Source of the DNA: Candidatus Hydrogenedentota bacterium
GTDB lineage: Bacteria; Hydrogenedentota; Hydrogenedentia; Hydrogenedentales; SLHB01
NCBI GenBank assembly: GCA_045863295.1
Contig: BTWA01000005.1
Coordinates: 160,001 to 224,000 of the forward strand
Length of the DNA stretch: 64,000 bases
Direction of reading: 5' to 3'
Position numbers and translations under genes: made by a program. The notes beneath the pieces are model-generated. The model saw nothing but the letters and a program-made list of their open reading frames with translations. It made no database searches and had not been told where the DNA came from. Below, piece after piece: positions 40,189-49,663 of this stretch; position 1 is the stretch's first letter, and every line of letters starts with the position of its first letter.

Positions 40189-42477
40189 TCATTTCAGAAA
40201 CCCGTGATACATTCCCATGTAATACGGCAGTAGGTAAAAAGTGCCTTCGTACTCGGTGGTGCCCCCCGAAACGGCGTCCAAACTGAAGTGATCGCTGTTA
40301 ATCCGGATGTGACTTCGTTCCGCAATAGGGATGGCCTCGTTGGTGACCACCGACCAGCCGTATGCCGGTTTGGCTCGCGGTGTTGGGTCTTGCACCACGT
40401 CCAAGCGATGGCTGTTCTTCATGTCCCACCCAATCAAAAGAAGCGGAGTACTGCGTAGCGTGGGAATGGCTTTGTCGATAATCGCCTGGAAATCTAGCAC
40501 AACATCGTCAACTATGGGTTTTTCCTTGTCAGGAAAAACGGCCGCAAACACAAAGCTAAAGAAAGGGTCGTTCTGACGTGCGACAAATTGAAAGCTTCGG
40601 TCGAGACTGGTGCGATAGGCGCGAAGGAGTGCCGGGTCAGTTTCGTACTTCAAGAGGGGATAGTAACTGAGAAAAGCGAGATTCGAATCCCATGGCACAA
40701 CGTGATCCGGAGGAAAAAGCCAGCGGCCGTAAATAGCATTTATGTGGTAAGCGTGATTGTCTCTGAGAAACTTCGCCGTCTCCAGATACTTTGGGTTGCC
40801 GGTGCAATGGTATGCAACGTTTAGAAATGACAGCATTTCGACGGCCTGCAGACCACGATCCGCGTAACCGCCGGGAATAGAATTACAGTATTCAGGCGAC
40901 CAATTTGCCCATCGAGTCGGAAGTCCGTCATGATCCACCAGCTTAAACCCGTTGTCAACGATGTGCGACGTGAGTGCATCAACAATCGCGGCTACTTCCT
41001 CCTTTTCTTCCTGAGAATCCGCGACAAGGTCAAAATACGTGGAGAAAAAGAAATAGTGGCCGCAAATTTCGTCGGAACTTGTGTCGCACTTCCAAAAATA
41101 TCTTCCATCGGCGGATTTCGGCCACCGAGGGAGGATATCTTTCCACAATGGATCCGTCGCTTTTTCGGCAGCATTCATAGCCGCGTTGTGCTTCAAGTTC
41201 GGATCCTCCGGCCAATTCACGGGCACGACCGATCGTGCAGGAAAACCCGGAATGCCGGTGACATCGTAAAGCAGCTTCATGGCCTCAAAGCAACGGCGGG
41301 CACGCGTTTTCGCTTCCGGATCCTTTGTCGCGCCGTAGCGAAAAGCCTGTGACGCACCATACATGGCGGTATAGAGGCCGTCATTGTCCGTGTGATTAAT
41401 CCAGGCCGATTCCAGCTCACCGGGCTCGTTAAACAAGCACCTGACGACAAAGCCCATGCGTGTGTGGCGTTCATCTACAATTAGTTCAAAATGTTGCGCC
41501 TTTTCGGCGAGCGTGATCGGAAACCGTTCAATGAATGCGATTCCCTTGTTGGTGGCTACCCAGGCCGATCCGTTGCGATCCGCGGCGATGTCGTTTACGT
41601 GATTGTCCGGCAGCCAGCGCAACGACGCCCGATATCCCCACGCGGTTCCGTCAAAAAAAAGCGAGCCATCCTCGGTTCCGAACCAAGCGATCCCTCCGCC
41701 GGAAGATGCACACGTGAACCTGTTGTAAGGTAACCCCTCGCGCCCCGTATAGAGTGCCCACTTTTCGTCCTTGTACATGCCGGCGCCATTTTCCGATCCA
41801 ATCCAGAATTTGCCATCTTGCGCAGTTAATGCATTTACGTTGCGGGGAGCCCAACTGTAACTATGGTCGGACGGATACAGGGGACTAGCTTCCAGCTGAG
41901 AAGTTCCGGGGTCGATCTTGTACAGGCCTCCGTCGGTTCCCACAAAGATAGCTTGGGGAGTCGACGCTAGAGCACGAACCGTTCCTCCGAGACCTGGAAT
42001 GGGTGCCAATCGGTCACCGATCTTTAAATAGATACCCTTTTCACCGCCAATGAGCACCCCCTTGTCGCACACGTCAATTCCAGTGATAACTCCAATTTGA
42101 GGGAACGGATAGACGTCCCACTGATTACCGTCCCATTCCGCAATCTCTTTGGCGGAGTAGGCCCAGATTTGTCGGCCGGAAGCTAGCAGTCCAATTAAGT
42201 CATGCTCCGATGCCGCTCCCCAGTCCGGGCCATCACTCCATTTCGTCCAAATACGTAGGTCCGCGTCAAAACGGTAGATTGCGCTATTCGGGAATCCGGC
42301 TAGCGGTGCACCGTCGGAATCCAGTTCGATCGCCGTCACTCGGCCGGCCGGTAGACCGTCCTTTTCGTCAAAGAACTCGGCACGTTCCTGCACAAACGGT
42401 TCATTGACCATCGCCGCCGGCTCCAAGGAAGCCGCCAAGGTACAGATACTGGACACTGTGAGAATGAATCCAAACAC
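40189..42477 (-). CDS. Secreted propeller + helical-domain protein, paralog of 33939..36329
   Basis: GLPYN, WLPDNHV, DNDGLYTAMY, WKCDTSSDE, NSHR.D motifs shared with the paralog. Confidence 0.8.
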   Translation of the reverse strand: MFGFILTVSSICTLAASLEPAAMVNEPFVQERAEFFDEKDGLPAGRVTAIELDSDGAPLAGFPNSAIYRFDADLRIWTKWSDGPDWGAASEHDLIGLLASGRQIWAYSAKEIAEWDGNQWDVYPFPQIGVITGIDVCDKGVLIGGEKGIYLKIGDRLAPIPGLGGTVRALASTPQAIFVGTDGGLYKIDPGTSQLEASPLYPSDHSYSWAPRNVNALTAQDGKFWIGSENGAGMYKDEKWALYTGREGLPYNRFTCASSGGGIAWFGTEDGSLFFDGTAWGYRASLRWLPDNHVNDIAADRNGSAWVATNKGIAFIERFPITLAEKAQHFELIVDERHTRMGFVVRCLFNEPGELESAWINHTDNDGLYTAMYGASQAFRYGATKDPEAKTRARRCFEAMKLLYDVTGIPGFPARSVVPVNWPEDPNLKHNAAMNAAEKATDPLWKDILPRWPKSADGRYFWKCDTSSDEICGHYFFFSTYFDLVADSQEEKEEVAAIVDALTSHIVDNGFKLVDHDGLPTRWANWSPEYCNSIPGGYADRGLQAVEMLSFLNVAYHCTGNPKYLETAKFLRDNHAYHINAIYGRWLFPPDHVVPWDSNLAFLSYYPLLKYETDPALLRAYRTSLDRSFQFVARQNDPFFSFVFAAVFPDKEKPIVDDVVLDFQAIIDKAIPTLRSTPLLLIGWDMKNSHRLDVVQDPTPRAKPAYGWSVVTNEAIPIAERSHIRINSDHFSLDAVSGGTTEYEGTFYLLPYYMGMYHGFLK

Positions 42478-42718
42478 GGTTCAACTCCTGCGATGTCTTG
42501 CAGCGGAAGAGACAAGGAATGGGAATAATCGCTTGACGGTTACGCGTTGCAACCCCGCCACGTTGTAACAAGAAATCAATATGACAATCAACGGTAGGGA
42601 TTCTACGAAATCCAAGAGGCCTCCCCGGGCCAATTGTCAAGTAGCGCCGGCCGCACCAATAGCAGTACGATATCCGTTTTGCTCTGGAGTCATACGACCG
42701 AGTTGTCTGGTAGATGCG

Positions 42719-45700
42719 ATGAACTTGCCTTTACTTAAATATTCCAACGCAATTGCGGAAAAGTTGGTGGATGCCAAGGCGCCCTTGGTCGAACTCGTCG
42801 GACCATGGGGATCGGCAAAGTCACTTTACGCGGTGCAGGTTGCCACCGCAACAGAACGCCCGTTGCTCGTTGTTGCGCCTGGCCGTATTGAGGCCGAAGG
42901 CATTTACGAAGACCTGATCGCGTTCGAGGATCCCGCGCGCTGCGCATTACTTCCCGCTTGGGAAGTAATGCCGGCCGACATCATGGATCCAACGGACGAC
43001 ATAGTGGCCGAGCGGATGAGCGCGCTTATGCAGCTAGCCGATGCGTTGGCCGCGGGCGTACCCATGAGGCTGGTGGCGCCGGTCCGTTCAATTATGCAGC
43101 GAGTCGTGAAACGGGACCGTCTTGCAGAACAGACCGTTCGCCTTCGTGTGGGCGAGGAAACCGATTTGGACGCCCTGATCCGTACGCTCGGGTTGCTTGG
43201 CTATGAACGCGAACTCATGGTCGAGCAACGGGGACAGATGAGTGTGCGGGGTGGGATATTCGACATTTTCCCAATCTCCAGCGAATTGCCATACAGGATC
43301 GAGTTCTTCGGCGATGAGATCGAGTCTATTCGCCGGTTTGAACCTGAAACCCAGCGCAGTGTCGACCACATTCGCGAGATTGTCATCCTTCCCAGGTCGG
43401 AGAAAACCGAATTGCAGCGGTCTGCAGGCGATCAGTCACTCGCGTTTATCACTGATTACCTGCCGGAAAACGCAATCATTGCGTTGGACGAACCGGCCGC
43501 AATTTCAGAAGAGGCGCACAAACTGGCAGGTCAACTCGGGGATAACCCGTACATAGCTACATGGGAAAGCGTGGAGCGGGAGTTCGAGAGCCGTGCAAGG
43601 ATAGCCATGGCGCAAGTGGCTCACGAGGCCGCCGCCAAGGCGATGAGGGTGACCGCGCCGTTCACCAGCGTGACCGGATGGCATGGACAGGCGGAGGGCT
43701 TCTGGGGGCAACTAAAGACTTGGGATTCGGAGGGATACACCGTCGCCGTGTATTGCGCCAACAGCGGCGAACGGCGGCGCCTGATCGAGTTGGCCGAAGA
43801 AAAGGGGTACCGAATTGGCGAGGACCGGTTCGATTTACGCATCGAGATTGGCCGTCCCAGGGCAGCATTTGCCTCAGCAGTAGACAAACTTGCGGTGGTT
43901 AGCGAGCGGGAGATCTTCGGACGCCATCACATGCGTCGCCAGCGCAGGCGGTTTGAAGCGGGCGCGGCAATCACCGCCTTCAGCGATCTGAAATCCGGCG
44001 ACTACATTGTGCACTCGCAGCACGGTATTGGCCGATACCTTGGCATACGCCGGTTCGAAGGCAAGGCCGGCGATTTCCTCGCGCTGCAGTATATGGGCGG
44101 GGACAAGTTGTATGTGCCGGTTACGCACATTGACATGGTGCAGAAATACACCGGCGGCGACGGTACACTCCCCAAAGTCGACCGGCTGGGTGGCGCAACT
44201 TGGGCCAAGACCAAGGCCCGCGTCAAAAAAGCGCTTCGCGATATGACCGAGGAGTTGGTCAAGTTGTACGCTGCCCGCGAGGCCATGGAAGGGCACGCGT
44301 TTACGCCCGACACGCCGTGGCAACTCGAATTCGAGGATTCATTCGAGTACGACGAAACACCCGATCAGGCTCGCGCCATCGATGACGTGAAGCGAGACAT
44401 GGAATCGGCGAAACCCATGGATCGGCTTATCTGCGGCGACGTCGGTTTCGGCAAGACCGAGGTAGCTATGCGCGCGGCGTTTAAAGCGGTGATGGACGGT
44501 TACCAGGCGGCGGTATTGGCGCCGACGACCGTACTTGCGGAACAACATTACAACACCTTTTGCGAACGCATGGCCGACTATCCGGTGCGTATTGAGATGC
44601 TGAGCCGGTTTCGGTCCCCAAAACAGCAAGCCGAAACCGTAGAGAAATTGAAGTCCGGCGACGTAGATATCGTGATCGGGACGCACCGCATCATTTCAAA
44701 GGACGTACAGTACAACAAGCTGGGCCTACTCATCATTGACGAAGAACAAAAATTCGGCGTCGCGCAGAAGGAAAAGGTCAAGAAGTTCCGTACCATGGTT
44801 GACGTGTTGACGATGTCGGCAACTCCCATACCGCGGACGTTGAACATGGCGTTTATGGGGATTCGCGATATGAGCCTTATTAACACCGCGCCGAACGATC
44901 GGCTGCCCGTGCATACGTGCATCGAAGTGTTCAACGAACAATTGATTCAAGAGGCCATCAACCGGGAGTTAGCGAGAAACGGCCAGGTGTTCTTTCTCCA
45001 CAATCGCGTGCAGACTATCCATGCGATGGCGGATGCCACTCATCGGCTCGTTCCGCATGCGCGTATTGCCGTTGGCCATGGGCAAATGAACGAGAAGGAT
45101 CTCGAGCGCGTCATGACCGGATTCATTCACCGAGAGTACGACGTGCTGGTTTGTACGACGATTATCGGATCGGGCATCGACATTCCCAATGCAAACACAA
45201 TTCTTATCAACAATGCCGATCGGTTTGGGCTGTCCGAATTGTATCAGTTGAGAGGCCGGGTTGGACGCTACAAACACCGCGCGTTTGCGTATCTGTTGGT
45301 GGCCGGCGATAAGGCGCTTACTGAAGACGCGCAAAAACGCCTAAAGGCATTGGAGGAATTCTCTTCGCTCGGGGCGGGTTTCAGGTTGGCCATGCGCGAT
45401 CTGGAAATTCGAGGATGCGGAAATCTGCTGGGCGGCGAGCAACATGGCAACATATCCTCTGTCGGATACGAGACGTACGCGCAACTGGTGGCGGAGGCCG
45501 TATCCGAACTGCGTGGCCAGCCCATCGTACGCCGGTTCTTGCCGCCTTGCGAGATTGCTATCGATGCGTATATCCCTGAAGAATATGTCCACTCGGAAAC
45601 GCAGCGCATCACACTTTACAAGCGAATTACAGGTGTACTGAACTTGGAAGAGGTAGACGAGTTAAACGAAGAACTTGCTGATCGGTTTGGCCAGCCTCCG

Positions 45701-45982
45701 CGACCAGTCCAACGCCTCTTGGACGTGATGCGCGTTCGCGCATTGGGCGCAGACGTATCGGTTTCACGCGTGGTCATTGCGAAAACCGCCGTCGTGCTCG
45801 AGTTCGACAGCCCGGACAGGCTGTCCCGAAGGAATCGGGAAACCCTGCAAAGTGCATTCGGTAGCCGCCTTGAATTCGCTTGGAACGAAAAGCCTTCACT
45901 AACCCTGAAACTGGATCCCGGTATGGACGAAGACCCCCTCAAAGTGGCCCAGGGACTCTGCAAGACCTTGGGTGAACTTTAG
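42719..45982 (+). CDS. mfd: Transcription-repair coupling factor
   Basis: UvrB-homology N-terminus, RID domain, CGDVGFGKTEVA, DEEQKFG, QLRGRVGR, TRCF C-terminus. Confidence 0.97.
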   Translation: MNLPLLKYSNAIAEKLVDAKAPLVELVGPWGSAKSLYAVQVATATERPLLVVAPGRIEAEGIYEDLIAFEDPARCALLPAWEVMPADIMDPTDDIVAERMSALMQLADALAAGVPMRLVAPVRSIMQRVVKRDRLAEQTVRLRVGEETDLDALIRTLGLLGYERELMVEQRGQMSVRGGIFDIFPISSELPYRIEFFGDEIESIRRFEPETQRSVDHIREIVILPRSEKTELQRSAGDQSLAFITDYLPENAIIALDEPAAISEEAHKLAGQLGDNPYIATWESVEREFESRARIAMAQVAHEAAAKAMRVTAPFTSVTGWHGQAEGFWGQLKTWDSEGYTVAVYCANSGERRRLIELAEEKGYRIGEDRFDLRIEIGRPRAAFASAVDKLAVVSEREIFGRHHMRRQRRRFEAGAAITAFSDLKSGDYIVHSQHGIGRYLGIRRFEGKAGDFLALQYMGGDKLYVPVTHIDMVQKYTGGDGTLPKVDRLGGATWAKTKARVKKALRDMTEELVKLYAAREAMEGHAFTPDTPWQLEFEDSFEYDETPDQARAIDDVKRDMESAKPMDRLICGDVGFGKTEVAMRAAFKAVMDGYQAAVLAPTTVLAEQHYNTFCERMADYPVRIEMLSRFRSPKQQAETVEKLKSGDVDIVIGTHRIISKDVQYNKLGLLIIDEEQKFGVAQKEKVKKFRTMVDVLTMSATPIPRTLNMAFMGIRDMSLINTAPNDRLPVHTCIEVFNEQLIQEAINRELARNGQVFFLHNRVQTIHAMADATHRLVPHARIAVGHGQMNEKDLERVMTGFIHREYDVLVCTTIIGSGIDIPNANTILINNADRFGLSELYQLRGRVGRYKHRAFAYLLVAGDKALTEDAQKRLKALEEFSSLGAGFRLAMRDLEIRGCGNLLGGEQHGNISSVGYETYAQLVAEAVSELRGQPIVRRFLPPCEIAIDAYIPEEYVHSETQRITLYKRITGVLNLEEVDELNEELADRFGQPPRPVQRLLDVMRVRALGADVSVSRVVIAKTAVVLEFDSPDRLSRRNRETLQSAFGSRLEFAWNEKPSLTLKLDPGMDEDPLKVAQGLCKTLGEL

Positions 45983-46210
45983 CCTTTCGTGATTTTGCAG
46001 TTGGTTAGATTTCGGAGCTTTGCATTCCCGCCATGGCTTCGGTACACTCCAACCGCACTTCACGCCGGTCGGATGTCAAATTCCATTGCTGTTGGAGAAT
46101 TCCGGGATTGCCAGCGGCACCTATTCGCTGGAATGAATGTGAGCCAAGTCCGTGTTTAGTGTATGAACTGGCCTGGAAACCCCCGAAGCGGTATCAAGGG
46201 AATTTCTGCA

Positions 46211-46627
46211 ATGACTTCCAGATTAGACGCAGAGACTATTCTGCTTATCGATGACGACGAACTTATCTTGCGCGCGACCAAAATGGCGCTGGAGCATAAC
46301 GGCTTTAACGTCAAGACCGCGTTAGGTGGCATCGAAGGCATCCGCGTGTTCAAAGAAGATCCGGAAGGCGTAAGGGCCGTAGTATTGGATTTCGCCATGC
46401 CTGATATGGATGGTAAAGACGTTTTTCACGCCTTGCGTGAAATTCGACTTGATCTGCCGATCTTCATTTATACCGGTTGCACCATGGTAGACGTACAGGC
46501 CCGATTCGGAGACATTACCCCAACCGGCTTCATTCAGAAACCGCTGCGAGTGCAGCATCTGGTTCGGCTTTTGGCGGGACTTCCGAACGCGCGGCGCACG
46601 TCCCCGGCCAAGAATACCGCCTCTTAG
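46211..46627 (+). CDS. Single-domain response regulator
   Basis: LIDDD, LDFAMP (phospho-Asp), TG, KP motifs. Confidence 0.88.
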   Translation: MTSRLDAETILLIDDDELILRATKMALEHNGFNVKTALGGIEGIRVFKEDPEGVRAVVLDFAMPDMDGKDVFHALREIRLDLPIFIYTGCTMVDVQARFGDITPTGFIQKPLRVQHLVRLLAGLPNARRTSPAKNTAS

Positions 46628-46647
46628 TCCCCAGCCCGTCATTCAAT

Positions 46648-47352
46648 TCATTGCCCTGGTGTCTGGGCATGCTGGAGATAGACTTCCTCGTAGGGTTGCA
46701 CCACGACAAAACCCTGTCCATTGAATGCCATCTGCACGGATTCGCCGCTGCCGCGGCCAAGAAAGGTCTTTAGCGAGACATCGGTTTTGAATTCAGGCTG
46801 CAAAGTGCCAGACCACGCCACCGTGGCATTGGGATCGGTGTAGACCGGTTGGTTGGGTTGCACGAGCAGCGTAACCGGATCGTAATGCGTCGTGATTGCG
46901 ACGAGCCCAGTCCCCTCAAGCCGGATGTTGAACAATCCCCCTGAAACCACAGCCGCAAGCTTTCGCATCATCTTGACGTCCCACTGGATCGTGGGTTCGA
47001 ACGCGATCAAATCGTTGCCGTTGACGAAGATGGCCTCGTTGTTGAGATGCAGGATTGTGATCTTCTTTCCCACGTCCGCCAAATAGACCGACCCCCGGCC
47101 GTCGGCGCGGGTGAGCCGCGCGCCTTCTCCGGTAACTGCCCGCTTGAGCATCTTGCCGAGACCGTGTTCCATCACGCCTTCGCGGGTGAATTTCACGTCG
47201 CCTCGATAAGCCACCATAACGCCTGTTTTAATCCAAACCGTGCCATTCAAATTCACTTCAAGCATACGCTCGTTTTCAAGCTCGAATAGCCCTTGGCCCT
47301 TATCCTTTTGGCTGGTCTTCTGAATGAACTCGTGTATGGAGTAGCGTTGCAT
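46648..47352 (-). CDS. AIM24 family protein
   Basis: GVMVAY, TGEG, GGLFN, DP.ATVAWS, SGE..Q..F.G.G.V.VQP motifs. Confidence 0.9.
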   Translation of the reverse strand: MQRYSIHEFIQKTSQKDKGQGLFELENERMLEVNLNGTVWIKTGVMVAYRGDVKFTREGVMEHGLGKMLKRAVTGEGARLTRADGRGSVYLADVGKKITILHLNNEAIFVNGNDLIAFEPTIQWDVKMMRKLAAVVSGGLFNIRLEGTGLVAITTHYDPVTLLVQPNQPVYTDPNATVAWSGTLQPEFKTDVSLKTFLGRGSGESVQMAFNGQGFVVVQPYEEVYLQHAQTPGQ

Positions 47353-47391
47353 TCGTCGATCTCCCCAGTTGGGTTTCGGAAGACAATCAAA

Positions 47392-48189
47392 TCAAACATC
47401 GTCCTCGGTCAAAAACATGCCCATGGCATGATACCCGGAATCCACATGGACCACCTCGCCTGTGACTCCGGAAGAGAGATCGGACAGCAAGTAGACCGAA
47501 GTTCCGGCTACGTCCTCGGCCGTGATGTTGCGGCGAAGGGGCGTGCATTCGCCGGATTTGTTCAGCATTTGCTTTACGCCGGAAATGGCACTCGCGGAGA
47601 GTGTACGCAGGGGGCCGGCGCTGACCGCGTTTACGCGGATGTTTTGCGGGCCAAGATCATAGGCCAGATACCGCGTGGAGGCTTCCAGCGCGGCCTTGGC
47701 CACTCCCATGACATTGTATCGAGGCACCACTTTCTCTGCGCCGTAATAGGTCATAGTGATAATTGAGCCGCCATTTGTCATCAATGGAGCCGCTTCGCGC
47801 GATACGGCCACGAGCGAATATGCGGAAATATCCAATGCCATGGCAAAATTGGCACGGGAAGTCGTTACATACTTGTCCTTCAAATCTTCTCGATCAGCAT
47901 AGGCAATCGAGTGGATCACGAAATCAAGCCCGCCCCACTCTTGTCGTACTTGGTCGAAGAACGCGATAATTTCGATGTCTTTGGCCACGTCGCAGGCGAA
48001 CATCTTGGCATTGGGAAGATTGTCGTCCAGCAACTTTTTCACGCGCTTCTCGAGCGCCTCGCCCAAGTAATTGAAAATAAGCGACGCGCCTTGAGCCGCG
48101 CATGCCTGCGCGCACGCCCATGCGATCGATTTTTCGTTCGCGACTCCCATGACAACGCCGCGCTTCCCCGCCAGGATCCCTTCAGCCAT
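47392..48189 (-). CDS. fabI: Enoyl-ACP reductase
   Basis: GVANEKSIAW, YNVMGVAKAALE, SAGPLRTL motifs. Confidence 0.96.
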   Translation of the reverse strand: MAEGILAGKRGVVMGVANEKSIAWACAQACAAQGASLIFNYLGEALEKRVKKLLDDNLPNAKMFACDVAKDIEIIAFFDQVRQEWGGLDFVIHSIAYADREDLKDKYVTTSRANFAMALDISAYSLVAVSREAAPLMTNGGSIITMTYYGAEKVVPRYNVMGVAKAALEASTRYLAYDLGPQNIRVNAVSAGPLRTLSASAISGVKQMLNKSGECTPLRRNITAEDVAGTSVYLLSDLSSGVTGEVVHVDSGYHAMGMFLTEDDV

Positions 48190-48258
48190 GTTCAGCCCTT
48201 CCTTTTCAAACGCCTGCGCCCTTGCGCGGTGAGATGGTGGATTCGTCAGAAGTCGCGT

Positions 48259-48287
48259 ATTATCCCGAAAAGTGGTGGATTGAACAA
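48259..48287 (-). promoter_or_regulatory. Possible sigma70 promoter of fabI
   Basis: Minus strand TTGTTC-N17-GATAAT. Confidence 0.4.
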
Positions 48288-48313
48288 GCGCGAAGGCCGG
48301 CGAAAGGAAATGG

Positions 48314-49120
48314 ATGAGGCCCTGGATCTTTACGATTGGCGGTTACACGTTGCACGCGTATCCGTTTTTTCTGGTCCTGGCGTTTGTTGGGGCCTCGCTA
48401 CTGGGGTTGCATGGCGCCACGCGCCTGCGCAATCTGCGCGTCTCCCCTCTAATCTGCGTTTGGATGCTCTTGGGAAGCCTATTGGGGGCCCGGCTGGCAT
48501 CGCTTGTCTCGGAAGGACAGTATGCTGCCGTCTGGCGAGCTGTGCTCATTTGGGAACCCGGGATGATTTTCTACGGCGGAGTGGCGGGAGGCGCCGTCGC
48601 GGGTTGGGTTTATGCACGAGCCAATCGCCTGCCGCTAGTACCCTTGGCCGCTGCCGCGGCCCCGGCCGCAGCATTAGGCGAGGCGATTGGGCGTATTGGC
48701 TGCCTCTTCAATGGATGTTGCTACGGTTCCGTGTGCTCATGGGCTGTAGCCATCGTATTTCCACGGTATAGCCCGGCATATTACCATCATGTCTCGCTCG
48801 GCCTCATTGATGCCACCGCCACGCAGTCCCTGCCGGTATATCCGTCCCAGATTTTCATGTCCATTGCTCTCTTCGCCGCCACGCCCTGGTTATACCGGCT
48901 GCTGAAACGCAGTACGAAAGACGGATTTGTATGCTGCGCCTATTTGATCGTGCAGGGAATGCTGCGGTTCGCGATGGAAACGATGAGGGACGATATGCCG
49001 CGAATTTTAGGTTCCATGACGGCTTCCCAAGCTGTGTCCGTGGGGTTTGTTCTGGTGGGCTGCGTGGTGGGAGGTGTACTGGTGTTGCGAATCAAGGTTG
49101 GTTTTGTCGAGAAGGCGTGA
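48314..49120 (+). CDS. lgt: Prolipoprotein diacylglyceryl transferase family protein (divergent)
   Basis: GARL, FYGG, GRIGC..NGCCYG, PSQ, RF..E..R motifs; multiple TMs. Confidence 0.75.
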   Translation: MRPWIFTIGGYTLHAYPFFLVLAFVGASLLGLHGATRLRNLRVSPLICVWMLLGSLLGARLASLVSEGQYAAVWRAVLIWEPGMIFYGGVAGGAVAGWVYARANRLPLVPLAAAAAPAAALGEAIGRIGCLFNGCCYGSVCSWAVAIVFPRYSPAYYHHVSLGLIDATATQSLPVYPSQIFMSIALFAATPWLYRLLKRSTKDGFVCCAYLIVQGMLRFAMETMRDDMPRILGSMTASQAVSVGFVLVGCVVGGVLVLRIKVGFVEKA

Positions 49121-49663
49121 ATTACTTGGAATCGGAAAAGGCTATCAGGATTGCATTCGTAGAATCGACAAGCTGTCCACCATCAGGCCTAGATCGAGTA
49201 CTCGGTTGCGATGTGCCCGCGAATCTCTGTATCCAACCATTTTCGACACGTTGAGCGCTTGTGCTTGCGATGTGTGTCCCACTAGTAATACCCGGACGAT
49301 GTTCTGATTTGCTGTCAATGGCAAAGCTCCCAACGCCGTGTATCGCCAAAGCTTAACTCAAAGGGAAAACGCTGGCATCTAAACACAAAGCCCGTGGGTC
49401 ACTGGGTGAACGCCGTGAAAATGGCAAAGGATACTGGGTGCGAGAAGTTGATCGGGCGATACTTGGGATGGAACCAAATCCTTGCTACCGGATATTTTAA
49501 GTGGTGGCCGGGTTGCGCGCGATACAACAGTGATTTCTCGTGACATTGGGGTCACAGCCGGGTACCATGGACGGGAGCGAAAGTAGCGATTTGCGCGCGG
49601 CCCGGCCGAATCGGGTCAAAGAGTGTTATGTCCATGCCGCGCAACGACATATGGGGTAGTACG

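Noticed and set aside
47911..48771. 286-aa plus-strand ORF
   Set aside because: Overlaps fabI (antisense) and lgt (other frame); no protein-like motifs
49122..49349. Short minus-strand ORFs in the lgt-TSP3 gap
   Set aside because: No clear RBS or recognisable composition
49360..49470. c-di-GMP-I or cobalamin riboswitch
   Set aside because: Only fragments (GGGAAAAC, CAAAGCC, CACTGGG) resemble the consensus; required stems and spacing are absent
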